A program made the translations under genes and the position numbers. DNA of 64,000 nucleotides from contig VJWM01000135.1 of NCBI GenBank assembly GCA_010909165.1, positions 558,001-622,000 on the forward strand, given 5' to 3'. Under the pieces are notes generated by a model, which ran no database searches, was not told where the DNA came from, and was given only the letters and a program-made list of their open reading frames with translations. The DNA comes from Anthoceros angustus. Its lineage: Eukaryota; Plantae; Anthocerotophyta. The stretch's first letter is position 1. Each line of letters opens with the position of its first letter. Of this stretch, positions 37,381 to 50,096 are shown piece after piece.

Positions 37381-38674
37381 ATGCCGGGAGTGGCAAGCGA
37401 AGGCGATGCTGATTTCACCAAAGGTGAGAGCCGGTGATGTGCAACCCCGCTGATGCTGGTGCTGATGCTGATGCTGTTTCTGTTTCTGACGTTCTCACAA
37501 CAAAACGGTGGAGCCGGTGGATGCAGTGCACGACACCATGACGGAATTGATCAAGCAGGTGGCGAACGAGCCATCCATCGGGCTGTACTTCGTGCAGCAT
37601 CATGTGCACAAGGCGATTCCCGTCTTGGTGTCTCTGAAGGTACAGACAGGCGTAGCCGAGCTGCAGGGTTTGCCGTTTGTGGTTTGTGTCTGGTGAGTCT
37701 CACGCTGCAACCGTGGTGGAATTCTTGAAGAGCCAACTTGTGGAGAGCACGAGGGAAGCAGTTTTCAGCACCGAGGATGCTAAGGATGCTCTCACTTCTG
37801 TGAAAACCATGAAGGAGTGCGGACAGTCTACTATAGAAAGAATGATCAAGACGTTGTCTTCTGCCGCATCCGTGTTACCATCTCTGCGCCGTGGTGACAG
37901 GTGAGTGCGCATCCCGACTGGCTTGTACATAGCCTGATTAAGTAATTCAGAGTGTATGTATATTATTATAAATCATCACTTTTGCAATACGGCCGTGTCT
38001 TGAACGATCTGTCCGACCTTGAAGTTCGCATCCCTTGCCATGTCCTTGACAGTAGTACTGGACATCCGCCGGGGATGGCAGCAGATGAGCCCCATTTGGA
38101 GCACGCTTCCAAGAGAAGAAGCGAGAGTGTGCCTGAACTAGAGTCCTCTGATGTTGCTGGGAGCATCAGCTCTGCTGGGCCCAGGGGCGTGCCGCGTCTC
38201 ATCGATCCTATGATGATGAACGGCTATGTCTGGAACCTGTACGACTCTGCTGTGTCGAGAGCCAATAGTGTGACCAGTGGAGTGAGGAGGCTCACAGAGG
38301 GCAAGGCTGGAGGAGAGACGGAACCCTCTCCCGTTGCAGGCACCAACGATGCCGAAGCCAGCACTTCATCAGGTTCTCGAGCTCCCCAGACACCTACCTA
38401 CACGGTGCCAGGGAGATACATTCGTGCGGTTTACGACACTGCCTTGCAGACTGCAGGGACCGTGGGAAGAGAGGTGTGGCGGATAGGTTCCAGATCCAGT
38501 CGGGAGTCTGATCATGAGCCCTTCCAGACACTTCCACATCTGCCAACCAGCCCCCACTCTGCAGCTCCGAATGAGCAGGCACAGGATGTGGAGGAGGAGT
38601 CGTTCGAGCAGTTCCAGGCAGATCAGGCTGCCCAGTTTGAGGCTTGGCTGAGAGAGACACACACTGCCCATTGA
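37381..38674 (+). CDS. BORCS8: BLOC-1-related complex subunit 8 (BORCS8/MEF2BNB)-like protein, 4 exons
   Basis: Spliced reading MPGVASEGDADFTK-VHDTMTELIKQVANEPSIGLYFVQHHVHKAIP...TEDAKDALTSVKTMKECG, resembling the plant BORCS8 family motif ANEPSxGLYxxQxH, followed by a low-complexity C-terminal exon. Confidence 0.75.
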
Positions 38675-38903
38675 CAGACAACAGACTCTTCCGTTGTACA
38701 TATGTATGTTTTGTGTGACTAGTATTGCAGGAATGTACAGTAAATGCTTTCACCTAACCGGTGTCTAGATAGGACGTGGCGAGTCGTGGCCCGCCCTGGG
38801 CCCCCCTTGGGGAAGGTGCGTGGGACCTGCGGCTGCGGGGGCCGCGCACGGGTTAACCTTGGGTGAAGTGCGGAGGTTAAATATGATGCTTACGCTGTTC
38901 CAA

Positions 38904-38945
38904 TGTGCAGGAAATGGAAGTGTGCAGGAAATGGAAGTGTGCAGG
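38904..38945 (+). repeat. 17-bp tandem repeat (TGTGCAGGAAATGGAAG x2.5) upstream of the ABC1 kinase gene
   Basis: Direct inspection. Confidence 0.9.
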
Positions 38946-39208
38946 GCACTCCGTTCTCCTTTGGCGGGCTACGAGCATTTGACAAAGATTTCTTGTGGGT
39001 CGGGCTACCACGTGTAGATTCGTCCACTTGGAGCTGATGGGCGGCGGGGATTGGGGTCAAGTATGACGGCGGAGTCAGGGAGACGGCTGGTTGCTTGCCG
39101 TAGCAGGCAGGATCGGTCTGCGTTCAGAATTGTTGGGCGTTGGGAGATTGTGGGTGCTATTCCCGTGGACAGAAGAGGAATTGGTTGCAATCTGTGTGCT
39201 GGAGGTTA

Positions 39209-39269
39209 TGAGAATTCAGAACTCTGGATGTGACTGCAGTGAGAATTCAGACTCTGGATGTGTCTGAAG
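39209..39269 (+). repeat. 30/31-bp imperfect tandem duplication just upstream of the ABC1 kinase ATG
   Basis: TGAGAATTCAG(A)ACTCTGGATGTG(A/T)CTG(C/A)AG x2. Confidence 0.85.
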
Positions 39270-39282
39270 TGTCAAGGCCGAG

Positions 39283-42200
39283 ATGGCGACGATTGGGTTC
39301 CACTCTGGGAGTGGTGTCGCGACTTCGGGATTGCGATGTGCAGTTGCGTGGGAGGAAGTGGGCCTCCGATCTGAGGGCCTGAATGGTCCATCTAGTATGA
39401 GTCTGAATTGGAGTCCGCATTTTCGGAGCGGAACGTCGCTGGGTTCTTTGAGGGGGTTGAGGGGGAGGAGGAGGAGGAAGTGCGGGCGGCCAAGGAGCTG
39501 CTTTTCTCAGTTCTCCGGCACCGGTGATGCTGAATTAGGGCAGAGGGTGGCTGAATGCGCAGGCAGGGTCGCCACTGTTGCGTGGAGTGCCGTATCGGAG
39601 CTTCAGGGGATCGCGGTGCAGTCGGGTCTGAGCCAACCTGCAGTACAGTGGTCGTCAGAAAGGACGGAAGCTTCCTTGAAGGCGGTTGTCGGTGAATTGG
39701 GGAGCGTGCAGTTGCCGGGACAGGTTGCTGAGAAGGTAATCGAGTCGTTGGACAGCGTTCAATCAGCTTTGCCTCAGGTCGCAGCTTATCCCGTGGAAGC
39801 TGGCAAGGCTGTTGGGCTTTCCGTGGATCGAATTCAGGATGTTTTTAGTAGCGTTGGAGCTACCGCACTGGGTAAAGCCGCACCTGTCCTGCAGCATGGC
39901 TTGGATCAGGTTGGGCAGTCGAATGCAGCAATTTTGGAGCGAGCTACCAGCATATGGCAAAATCTGCCCACACCAGAAGGTTTGGGCGGTGCGCAGCTCT
40001 TTGCGCAGTCCCCCGGCAGCTTTCTGGAAGGTGCGAAGAGCATCGGCAGCGCTCTCAGGTCTTCTGTTGAGGCGTCCCCTGGCTTGGAACGGCTTGCTCT
40101 CTCTGCAGTGAAAGTGTTGCATCAAACGGAGCTATTGACGTCGGATCTGGGTGCTAGTCTGGCGAATGGGTTGGTTCACTTTGACCTGTCGTCCGTTCAG
40201 GCATCAGCTGATCAGATTGGAGTCTCCGCAACAAGCATTGTTGGGGACATTGCAACCGCAGTGGGAGGATCCTACGCTGTCGCATCTTACCCGGCAGCAA
40301 CTGCTTTGCTTTTCGCCACTGCGGGCTCCGTTTTCGTGGGTGTTTCTTCTGCATCTGGTCACAGAGCTTTTGTTGAGGGCGAAGATTTGCCACTGCGGTA
40401 CGATTCTCAAGCAATTCGTGCTTACTTCCGGAGGAGACCAACCGATGTCATGTGGCGTGCTACAAAAATAGCCATGCAGAGTTCGGCATTAGCTGCTAGC
40501 ATACTGCTTGACTTTGCTACAGGCAAGGCCCGGGACAATGAACGCTTGCGAGCTACACAACTTGTGAACTTGATAGCCAGGCTTGGCCCGACAGCCATTA
40601 AGGTTGGATAAACTGACGATGTTCGTTTCGTGTTGCTCTCATCAAAATGATTTGGCGGATTTGAGCAATCCCGCATTTCCAGCAGGGAGCTGAGGGCTTA
40701 TTCAGGTTGATGTGAGCTGCAGATTGGGCAATCTCTAAGCATACGGCCAGATATTGTGCCAGTTGTGTATCTAGAAGAGCTTCAGAAACTGCAAGACAGG
40801 GTGCCACCGTTTCCAACTGATGAAGCCAAACGCATCATTCGGGAGGGTCTTGGGAAACCTGCTGAAGACATCTTTCAAGACATGTCTGTGGAACCCATAG
40901 CTGCAGCTTCTTTGGGACAGGTAACAGAGGGATCTCCGTCTGCAAGGTCGAATTGGTTGATGGTGCAGCCGTGTTACCTCACGTTTCGTTACGAATGACT
41001 GCCCCCTTCCCTCCCTTTGCAGGTCTACAAAGCCCGTCTAAAGGAAACTGGGCAACCAGTGGCAGTTAAGGTTCAGAGACCAGGAGTTCTTGAAGGAATA
41101 TCTAAAGACCTCTTCATTTTAAGGAGTACTTCCTTCGTGCTCCAGAAACTGCCCATAGTGCAATCTGATCTTGTTGGCCTACTTGATACTTGGGCAATAC
41201 GGTTCTTTGATGAGCTTGACTATGTGCAAGAGGTACACAAGGACTGGCTTGCAGAGTTCTCATAAGTCCATTCGCATGATGACATGGAGTTTGTTGTAAT
41301 GTCAGAACTTTGTTTTCAGGCCAAGAATGCCCTACGTTTTGCAGAGGATATGAAAGAACTGTCTAATGTTACAGTGCCATATGCTTACCTGCCATACACA
41401 TCTCGGAAGGTATCATAAGGTCTATACTTCATGCTAATACTGCAACTGTTGCTGTTTCATCGTCATTTGAACAGACCTCAACAATTATTTATGTTCTGCC
41501 TGCAGGTACTGACGTCTGCATGGGTAGACGGGGAGAAGCTGTCAGAAAGCAAAGCAGCAGATTTACTTCCACTTGTGACAGTTGCCTTGAACTGCTACCT
41601 GATCCAGCTACTGGAGAGTGGCTTTCTCCATGCGGACCCGCATCCTGGCAATCTGTTGAGGACACGGGATGGCCGTCTTTGTGTCCTTGATTTTGGTTTA
41701 ATGACAGAAGTGAGTTCTTCCACCACAGCTGACCTAGTACTCCAGTCTGTCAAGGTGGCTGGGTCTGGTGCTGGCCCTTTTTGGTCGGCTTCACCAGACT
41801 TCAGCCACCTCGGCATCAATAAGCAGGGTTCCTTCTCAGGTTGTTCTCAAACTTTAGTTTCACATTTTGTGTTCAGATCACTGAGGAGCAGCGGTACACC
41901 CTGATTGACTATATAGCTCATCTTGTTAACAACGACTTCGCTAGAGTGGCAGAAGACTTGGTCAGGCTAGGCTTTGTGCCTCCTGAGCTCGTCGACCCTG
42001 AGAAGACTGTTGCTGTTGTCCCTCAATTAAGTAGAGTACTTACTCAACTTGTTCAAGGCGGTGGAGCTCGTAAAGTGAATTTCACACAGGTATGTGAAAC
42101 TCCTCCTTTGGCTTGGTACAGGCAAAAAGCTTTTACATGACATACGGACATGCACATGGCTGAGAGGTTTAACTCGAAGCTCGACCTTTGCAGGTTGTGG

Positions 42201-43333
42201 TTGATCTTGCGAAGATATCCGAAGATTATGTGTTTGTCATTCCACCATATTTTGCACTTATATTAAGGGCATTTTCTGTCCTCGAGGGCATTGGACTAGA
42301 AGCTGATCCTGATTACACAATAGTCGAGGAATGCTACCCGTACATATCAAAGAGGCTGATAACAGATGACAGGTAGCTGATACATGGTCTGGTTGTCGTG
42401 ACAGAGTTGGAGAATGCATTGTGTGTATCCTTGTCTTACAAGATGGTCTTGCTGGCAGTCCAAGGGCACGTGAAGCTCTCAAATATTTCCTCTACAGTGG
42501 GAAGGATCAACTGGACGTGCAAAGAGTTGAGGACATTGCCCAAGGCTTTCAAACTTTCCGTGAGTCCATGGCCCCTTGGAATCCCTCTGATTCCCCAAGA
42601 CGCAGCACTGCCCTAGACCCTACAACCAAACAAGCACTTTTGCTCATCTTCGATCCAAAAGGAAGCTACATACAAGAACTTCTTCTCACCGAGGTAAAGC
42701 TCCAACAATTCTACGGTCCCCAGGACTACCTCCATGGGCTACCTCCATAGCACCATCCACTTCGAACTTACTACCACGCACCTGGTGCTTTGCAGCTTGT
42801 GAGATCGGTGGACGCCTTATCCCGAGAAGCAGTGGCAGCACTCTGGCAATATCTGGCGTCAAGACTAAGGCTGCCTGTCCCCGCAGGACTCTTGGCTCCA
42901 GGCTCCTGGCCTCTTGGATTCACTCGTGTAGCCAGTTTGTCGCAAGAGGATCAGAAATCACTGGACACAGTACGCAGGCTCTGGTCCCTTTTGGAGCCGC
43001 AACTCAACCAGGCAAACTCTGCAGGTAAGATATCGTCCCGGTAATCTTCCATCTCCCCCAACCACCTACAACCTGGAAAGTCGTAAGCAAGCAATCCTGA
43101 CTGACCATGGCCCTTCTCCAGACATGGTGGACATGGCACAGGATGCCATGCCTTTGCTGAGGGACCTGTTCCCGGGGGTAACAACCGCAGCCCAGAGGTT
43201 CGTCATTATGCTCCTCCAACGGCAGGCCTTACGATTGGCAGACGACCTGGATGGCCGGAACTCGGTCAGAGAATGGAACCAAGATCCCGCATCCTTTGCC
43301 CGCAAGATCCAACCCTTCAGGTTCCTCAAGTGA
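39283..43333 (+). CDS. ABC1K: ABC1/aarF-like atypical kinase with a long N-terminal extension (probably plastid-targeted), multi-exon
   Basis: LIARLGPTAIK-IGQSLSIRPD, ELQKLQDRVPPF, PIAAASLGQVYKA, VAVKVQRPG, LESGFLHADPHPGNLL and LDFGLM. Confidence 0.93.
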
Positions 43334-43608
43334 CTGCCCACCTAGGTCCATTGTCCAAACAAGGCAGCATTTGTAACATTCTTGTAGCGTTTGAACTCGT
43401 GAGATGCGTAGCTGAATGGCTGAATGTGTATCTCAATTATTTTTTCTCCTATTCCGTCAACCTGCCAAGCAGGAGTTTGTACTGTAGACGTTTGTGAATC
43501 GTGAAACACGAAGGAGACGGTATGTTTGATTTTTGGCGGTAAACAGGGCTGGGCCGCTGTCCGCCCCGTTTGCGCCTGCTCGACGCCGGGGAAGAAGACG
43601 AATGCGCA

Positions 43609-46263
43609 ATGAAGGGAGGAACGCTGCAGATCGTGTGGCACGACGCGCTGCCCGTGCTGTCGCTGGACTTCGACTCCGAAACAGGGCTCCTCGCCACGGC
43701 TGGGGCCGACCACGACATCAAGGTGAGCGAGCTTCTCCGTCGGCTGCCATGGCATTTCGTCTCCACAAACGGGAGACGTCCTCCTAACAGCACTGTGGAA
43801 ACCGCGTCTCTGCAGCTCTGGGCCGTGCTTCTGAAAGAGGAAGGGAAGGGCTCGCCGACCGTGTCGTTCCAGGCCAACCTGGCATTTCATACGACGGCGG
43901 TGAACGTAATCCGATTCTCCCCGTCTGGTGCGCTCTCCCGTGTCTGAATCCAGAGTGGGACGATGCTGAGAAGAAGTCGTGTTTACTCGTCTCGATACGT
44001 TTTTCAAGCTCGGCTTGTGTTGTGCAGGGGAGCTGCTTGCGTCTGGTGCCGACGGTAAGTGAGCACCTGGTCTGGTCTGTATCCCTTTCCGCTGCCAGGG
44101 CTTTCGTTGGCTGAAGCTTTGTCGCCTGTTCAGGAGGTCATTTGGCAGTGTGGAAGCGTGCTGTCAATTCGGAGGGGGTGGCCACCTGGAAGATCCTGAG
44201 GCCCCTCAGGTTGGTAGCTTGCCTTGGGCCAGACTGGGTAGGTTGGTTAGTACCTGCAGGGTGAGGACTCACATTTTGTGTACCATATGGCTGTTGCTGC
44301 ATTTTCAGTTTCCATCCCAAGGATGTGCTGGACTTGGAGTGGTCTCCTGATGGCACATTCCTTATTTCGGGCTCGGTGGACAACAGCTGCATCATATGGA
44401 ATGTGGCTAAAGGTAAGGTATATCGTGTTCCTGTCAGAGTTTCAAGTGCGGCATGCTGAGTTTTTCCTAATCTGTGCTTTCATTCGGTTCTGTTGTTTCG
44501 CAGGTGCTCCTTTGCAGGTGCTCAAAGACCACTTGCATTATGTGCAGGGTGTTGCCTGGGACCCTACTGGTCAATATGTTTCCACTGTCAGTGGCGACAG
44601 GACTTGCCGCATCTACTCGCCTCGACCAGCAAAGGGCAGCAGTAAAGCTCAGGATAAGAGTGCCAAGGACGGGCTGCCGAAATTTGTTTGCCAGCATGTT
44701 CTGGCCAAAGTGAGTGTGAGAACTTCGGAGGATGTTCCCATGCAGGTGGACGACGCTGATAACCCAGCTACAAAAACGGTAAGTGCTCGAATGTTAGCTA
44801 CTGTCTAGAACAGCAGATTCGCGTCAACTGACCCCTTCACCTTTTGTATTCTTGCTGACAGGCTTCCAGCTCAAAACAGCATTTGTTTCATGATGAAAAT
44901 TTACCAACCTTCTTCCGAAGGTTAGCATGGTCTCCTGAGGGCTCCTTTCTGCTAATACCTGCAGGTGACTAGTTTCTAAGTGCTTGAGCAAAGCGTCGTC
45001 ATTCAAATTTTTTATGTTTCGTGCATGTTAACATCGTCGCTCTTGACTCCCATCTCCATCAGGAATATATAAGCCGACAGCAGATGCTTGGGCCTTAAAC
45101 ACAACTTGTGTTGTCTCCAGAAAGGATCTCTCAAGGTACCTTCCAAAGCCTTGCTTGGAAGATCGTTAAATTGTTTCTTATGGGGAATAAGCAATAAGTT
45201 TTTTTGGAAGGTGGAACATAACTGATTTTGTTGCAGGCCTTGTCTACAGCTCCCATGCGGGAAGAAAGCTGTGGTTGCTGTTCGTTTTTGTCCCGTAATC
45301 TTCACCCGGCGGTCCAATGTAGAAACAGGAACATCTCTAGACGCGGGTAACTATCCGAGCTTTTTATTTACTCTGCAGCCCTTTTTCATTCAGCAACAAC
45401 ACTGATTGACATATCTCCAGATGGTGGAGTTTTCAGATTGCCATATCGGATGGTATTTGCCGTGGCAACACTCAACTCTCTGTACATATACGACACTCAA
45501 AGTGATAGCCCTGTACTAGTGTTTGCAGCGCTTCATTACTCTGCCATAACAGATCTTGCGTGGTATGGCACTCTCACATTTTTTTTTTTTTTTAGCGGAA
45601 AACTCTCTCACATTTTGGCCTTGCACTTGGAACTAGTGTTGGGCATAAGATGACATGAGATTTACCTGTTTTTTTGGGCAGGTCAGCAAATGCCAAATTC
45701 CTGGCTGCTTCCTCTCAAGATGGCTATTGTACATTACTGGGCTTCGACGAAGGGGAACTAGGAGACCCCATGCCTCTCACTGGTACGCCCGTCGAGCATG
45801 GTTGACGCATTGTTTTGTTACATCATCTTTTGGCATGAGCATCAGTCAGGCAGGATGGCACTGACGAGCACGATGGCTTCTATTGACGTCAGCTATCCCG
45901 CCCCATATTGCGAGCTACCTTCCTGAAGCAAGACGGAGAAAGCTTGCAGGCTCTCTGGGTGAGTTATCAAGCCCCAAGCAAGACTCCGCAGCGGTGGAGT
46001 CCTCCCAGCAGGCCAAGCCCACTGATACTAATGCTGAACCTGATCCCCTATTGAACAAGCAACAGCCTCCAGTTGGCAACCAATTCCAGGGTCCTGCCAC
46101 TATGGCCCAACTTTCCGAACCAAAAACCCGAACCACCCCAGTAGGTGACCCACAGGCGTATGAAGCGGACGGTACAGCGGAGCCCGAGAGAATAGACCCG
46201 GACTTGACTCTCGTGAAGAAACCTCGTCGTGTTACCCCAGTACCTATTAAAGATGGCCTTTGA
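43609..46263 (+). CDS. FAS2: Chromatin assembly factor 1 subunit B (p60, WD40), multi-exon
   Basis: [92 protein letters not shown] and C-terminal KKPRRVTPV. Confidence 0.93.
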
Positions 46264-46399
46264 CCAATGAATTACTATGTATACTTGTCCCTTACATCTA
46301 AGGTCCTTGTAGGCAAGTTCCGGCAGACATTTGCTACAACACGGTAGGAGCAGAGCTCAGCAGCTCCAATATCATGTGTTTGAACGAGAACTAATTACC

Positions 46400-48430
46400 C
46401 TAAGTGGTAGGAAGCTGTTGAGGTCCTTGTACCTCAACCTGCCGCAATCTGCGCATCCACACGGAGTGCAGGATCATGTGAAAAGCATCATACCGCTCAG
46501 GACTCTTGGGGTGCCACAAGAAGTGTTGCCTGACATGCTGGAGCCGGCTTTGAAGAGTCCTATACTGCTTGTCCGTGATTTCCAGCAGGATCTGCTTGAG
46601 GTTGGGAATGTCCTTCTCATCCACCGTGATGGAGAAGGTACTCCAGTCCAGAACATCAGCTAAGGGAAGCGAAAAGTTGTCCGCTATAATCACTGGCACG
46701 CAGTCGTAAGAGATGGCTTCCACAAGGCGTGGGCTGTTCACCTCATATCCCATGGCGCAGATGCAAAATTTGCTGGACTTCATGTATTGGACATAAGATA
46801 CCTTCTGGGCAACGGCGCGGGGAAGAACCTCGTATATCCTCAAGTCTGGATCCTTGTCCTTCCAATGCTCCAGAAGAACAGGGCGAACTCTGCCGTGCAT
46901 CTGACCAGCGAAAAATGCCAGATAAGGACGATGACTAGGCCTGTTCCCTCCAAGCTTGGGATCGGATCCCTTTCTGCGCTTGTGAATGTAGACTTCCGGT
47001 AAGGAAACGTCTTTGTAGGGCATGAACTCTTCTGACAGGTCTGCATTGCACACCACTTTGACCGCGTTGTGCCGCAGAGTTGGATGATCCCTGGCAGTTG
47101 CAGGGCCCCAATCGTGGCATGCTACAAAGAAATGGTCTCGTCCATCTGTCAGATTCCAGAAGGGGTACTTCACTGCGAGGTCGTCCACATAGTCCTTGAT
47201 GAAGGTAGCTAAGGGCCGCATGTTGTGGGAGTCCGGAACATAGAGATGGGTCACCATCTGTGCCACACTGTAAGGCAAGAAGTACATGTGAGCCTTCACC
47301 GGATTCTTGGTTACAAATTTACTGCCCCTAGTTACCCTGTCAATGAACTGGCCCTCCGAGGCGTAGATGCCTGTGAGAGGTCCCGTGTGCACTAGCGGTC
47401 TTGCACCTTCTTTATACACAAAGATCTTGAAGGTCTTCTCCATGAGCTCGTAACTCTTCTTGAAAAGGGTCACGTTGTGGTAGACAGGCCAGTACAGCGG
47501 ATCACTTCCTTCCACACTGTAAGAGGGATCTTCTATCGCCAGTTTTGCTTGTCTGAGTTGGCTATCAGCTATGCTCCTCCACCCAGGCAACTTCTCGGCA
47601 GAAGCCGCCATAGGTTGTGCTTGATCCTGATGACTCATGTTCGCACTGGGCGGTGCGTCCAAGAAGTGTTGTTGCTCCTCAACCTTTCCTACTTGTTCCA
47701 AAGAGGGAATCTTGTCGACACTCCCGGGGATCCCTCCTTCCGCTGTCGAGGCGTGGTCGAAAGAGAGAACGTTGTCCGCCCTCACAGAGCTTCCCGTTTC
47801 CAAGGTCGTGGCTTCTTTGTCGACCTTCATTCTATTAGCAGAAGCTACCAGCTCCACTCCATCATCATTTTGCGGCTCCACTGCGCCTTCACCCTTAGTG
47901 TCAGCTTCCCTGGGATAGGGCGTTACCAGCTGAGTAGCATTATCTCTGCCACTTGTCCTATCTTCTTCAGGCTGCAGGTAGACGATATCATCAATGCCTT
48001 CGTCGCTGGCTTCTTGGACGAACCTCTGGACACCATTATCCGCCACCTCTTGTTCCGAGACGTAGATACTCCCAAATTCTGAGCCCCCCACTGACAGCTC
48101 GTCGACTTCTGATGTCGCCTGTGCAATGGCATCCCCCTGTAACAAACTGGCTGGCTGGCTGGGAGCTGCAAACTGCTCTTCTGCTGCAGCATACTTAGCA
48201 ACAATCAGCGAAGCGGTAGGTCTCTCTTGTCGAGGTGCAGTGGACTCCGCAGAAAGAACAGCCGAATCAGTTTGCAAAGAAGTGAAGGAGATCAGCGGCC
48301 ATCTGCCCAGGGGGGAGCTACTCTGGTCACTCCAATCCAGAATCGGGTACAAAACTGCTCCCAGCGCCATCAACAACATAAAGGATGCTGCCCTGACCAT
48401 CTGCCGTCTAATCAAGCCGCTAGCTGCCAT
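46400..48430 (-). CDS. Exostosin family glycosyltransferase (GT47), type II membrane protein, intronless CDS
   Basis: N-terminal TM and acidic stem, then FKIFVYKEG, GIYASEGQF, DHFFVACHDWGP, LAFFAGQMHGRVRP and CAMGYEVNSPRLVEAISYDCVPVII. Confidence 0.93.
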   Translation of the reverse strand: MAASGLIRRQMVRAASFMLLMALGAVLYPILDWSDQSSSPLGRWPLISFTSLQTDSAVLSAESTAPRQERPTASLIVAKYAAAEEQFAAPSQPASLLQGDAIAQATSEVDELSVGGSEFGSIYVSEQEVADNGVQRFVQEASDEGIDDIVYLQPEEDRTSGRDNATQLVTPYPREADTKGEGAVEPQNDDGVELVASANRMKVDKEATTLETGSSVRADNVLSFDHASTAEGGIPGSVDKIPSLEQVGKVEEQQHFLDAPPSANMSHQDQAQPMAASAEKLPGWRSIADSQLRQAKLAIEDPSYSVEGSDPLYWPVYHNVTLFKKSYELMEKTFKIFVYKEGARPLVHTGPLTGIYASEGQFIDRVTRGSKFVTKNPVKAHMYFLPYSVAQMVTHLYVPDSHNMRPLATFIKDYVDDLAVKYPFWNLTDGRDHFFVACHDWGPATARDHPTLRHNAVKVVCNADLSEEFMPYKDVSLPEVYIHKRRKGSDPKLGGNRPSHRPYLAFFAGQMHGRVRPVLLEHWKDKDPDLRIYEVLPRAVAQKVSYVQYMKSSKFCICAMGYEVNSPRLVEAISYDCVPVIIADNFSLPLADVLDWSTFSITVDEKDIPNLKQILLEITDKQYRTLQSRLQHVRQHFLWHPKSPERYDAFHMILHSVWMRRLRQVEVQGPQQLPTT

Positions 48431-50096
48431 TTTCAAGATCCAAACAGTGGAAACACAGCCAAAGTTGCACGTTGCACTCAATTATTCTTCCTCGCCGAGG
48501 TCTCAAATCAAACGTGATAATTATACTTCTTGCCTCCCGCTCGACGAGAACTCCATCAAAACAAACAACGAGCCAAAATTCCTGTCCCTCCGTAGATCCA
48601 AAGAAGGCCACAATCCCAGCCCTCCCTTTCTTCCAAAGACGGCCATCATCGGAATCCACGTCCAGCAGGCATTCGGCACCACCTCCTCCAGCGCTCCGCG
48701 ATGCTGCTTCCAGAAACAAGAATTCCCTCCACTTCCAACGCTCGTCGGATCCCTCCCCCGCTTCCTCCTTAAATCAAAGCAGGTCTGATGCAGCAGCGCA
48801 AAATCAAGAGGCGGCAAACGCGCCTCGACCTACAACAATCCTTCTTCTCATCATCGAATAGCAGCCACTCGACGCTGCAGTTCGAGTTCTTGTCCGCTTA
48901 ATTCCCCGGTCCATCCTGAAGCACAAGAGTTTCGGCCGCCAATCCCGTTCCATCCAATCCTCCTCCGGACGCCTCCAATTCCGTAGTTACAATGCTCCAA
49001 TTGCAGCAACGTGAACGAGAAAAACAGGCAGAGCAACCGCCACGGCCCCCGTCCTCGCCCCTCACCACACGTATCTCATCGCCGCAGCTGCCATCCTCCG
49101 GCTTCAGCAAAATCATCCGTAGCGAGGCTCCTGGCGTACCGAATTTGGTGAGGCGCTGTTGAGGGATGGAACCAAGAAAAGCCAAGCCGTTCAGCCCGAG
49201 CCAGTGCGTGCATGCCGTGTGAAGCCGGCTTTTCTGCAGACACCAGTCGACACATAGTATGTACACAGTTCAAGCCCAGCCCAGGTTGAGCCACCACGTG
49301 GGGCGAGCAGGTCTGTGCCCCGTGGTTTTGTTTCATGAGACGATCCCACTATCGGCTCACGTTCGACGTTCCATGAGCCGCCATGTGGTCGTGAAAAACA
49401 CCCGAGTCTAGGTCGGTAGTGGATAGCCGACGTGAAAACGCTTGCAAGCTCTTTGCTGGCGCGTATGTAATTATAAATCGGTTGAAGCGGATCGCGCGAT
49501 CCAGGCCATCATTCGGCATAGTTGGGGATGGTGAAACCCGCTCACATGATCCTTACCTCCAGCTGGGACACTGCTCATGGCACGGCGGAGAATGATGCCA
49601 CTCGCTTCGTTACTAGGCCGCATAGGTTAACTGCAATCAGCGGAGACCTTGCAATTCCATCTCCTTGTCACCTCGTCACAACAACAAAGAGGTTGTTTTT
49701 CCATTCATGACTGGTGTTTTGCGTCGGGGCCGCTTTCGTGGAAGCTCATATGGTAGTGCACTCATTCTGTTATACGGATATATAGGTAGAAAATATTTTT
49801 GAATATGCTGATTTTTCCATACGCGGTTTCTTCTCTTTTCTGAATTCTATTATTATAGGATTATGCTTACAACAATGTGGGATTTTCGTATGAATTTATC
49901 CGAATCTTAGGGTTTTAGTTTTAGTTTACACTAATCTAGACCTATTTTTTACTTATAGCTTTGCATTTGATCTCTTCAAGTAGCCTCTTACATGGCATTT
50001 TGTGTTTTGCAGCTTCCTACATGCAACGTCTAGAGATTATAGCATTGTCCCTAACTGCCTCCACAGTATGGGAATGTTTGTATCCGTCAGTGGCTG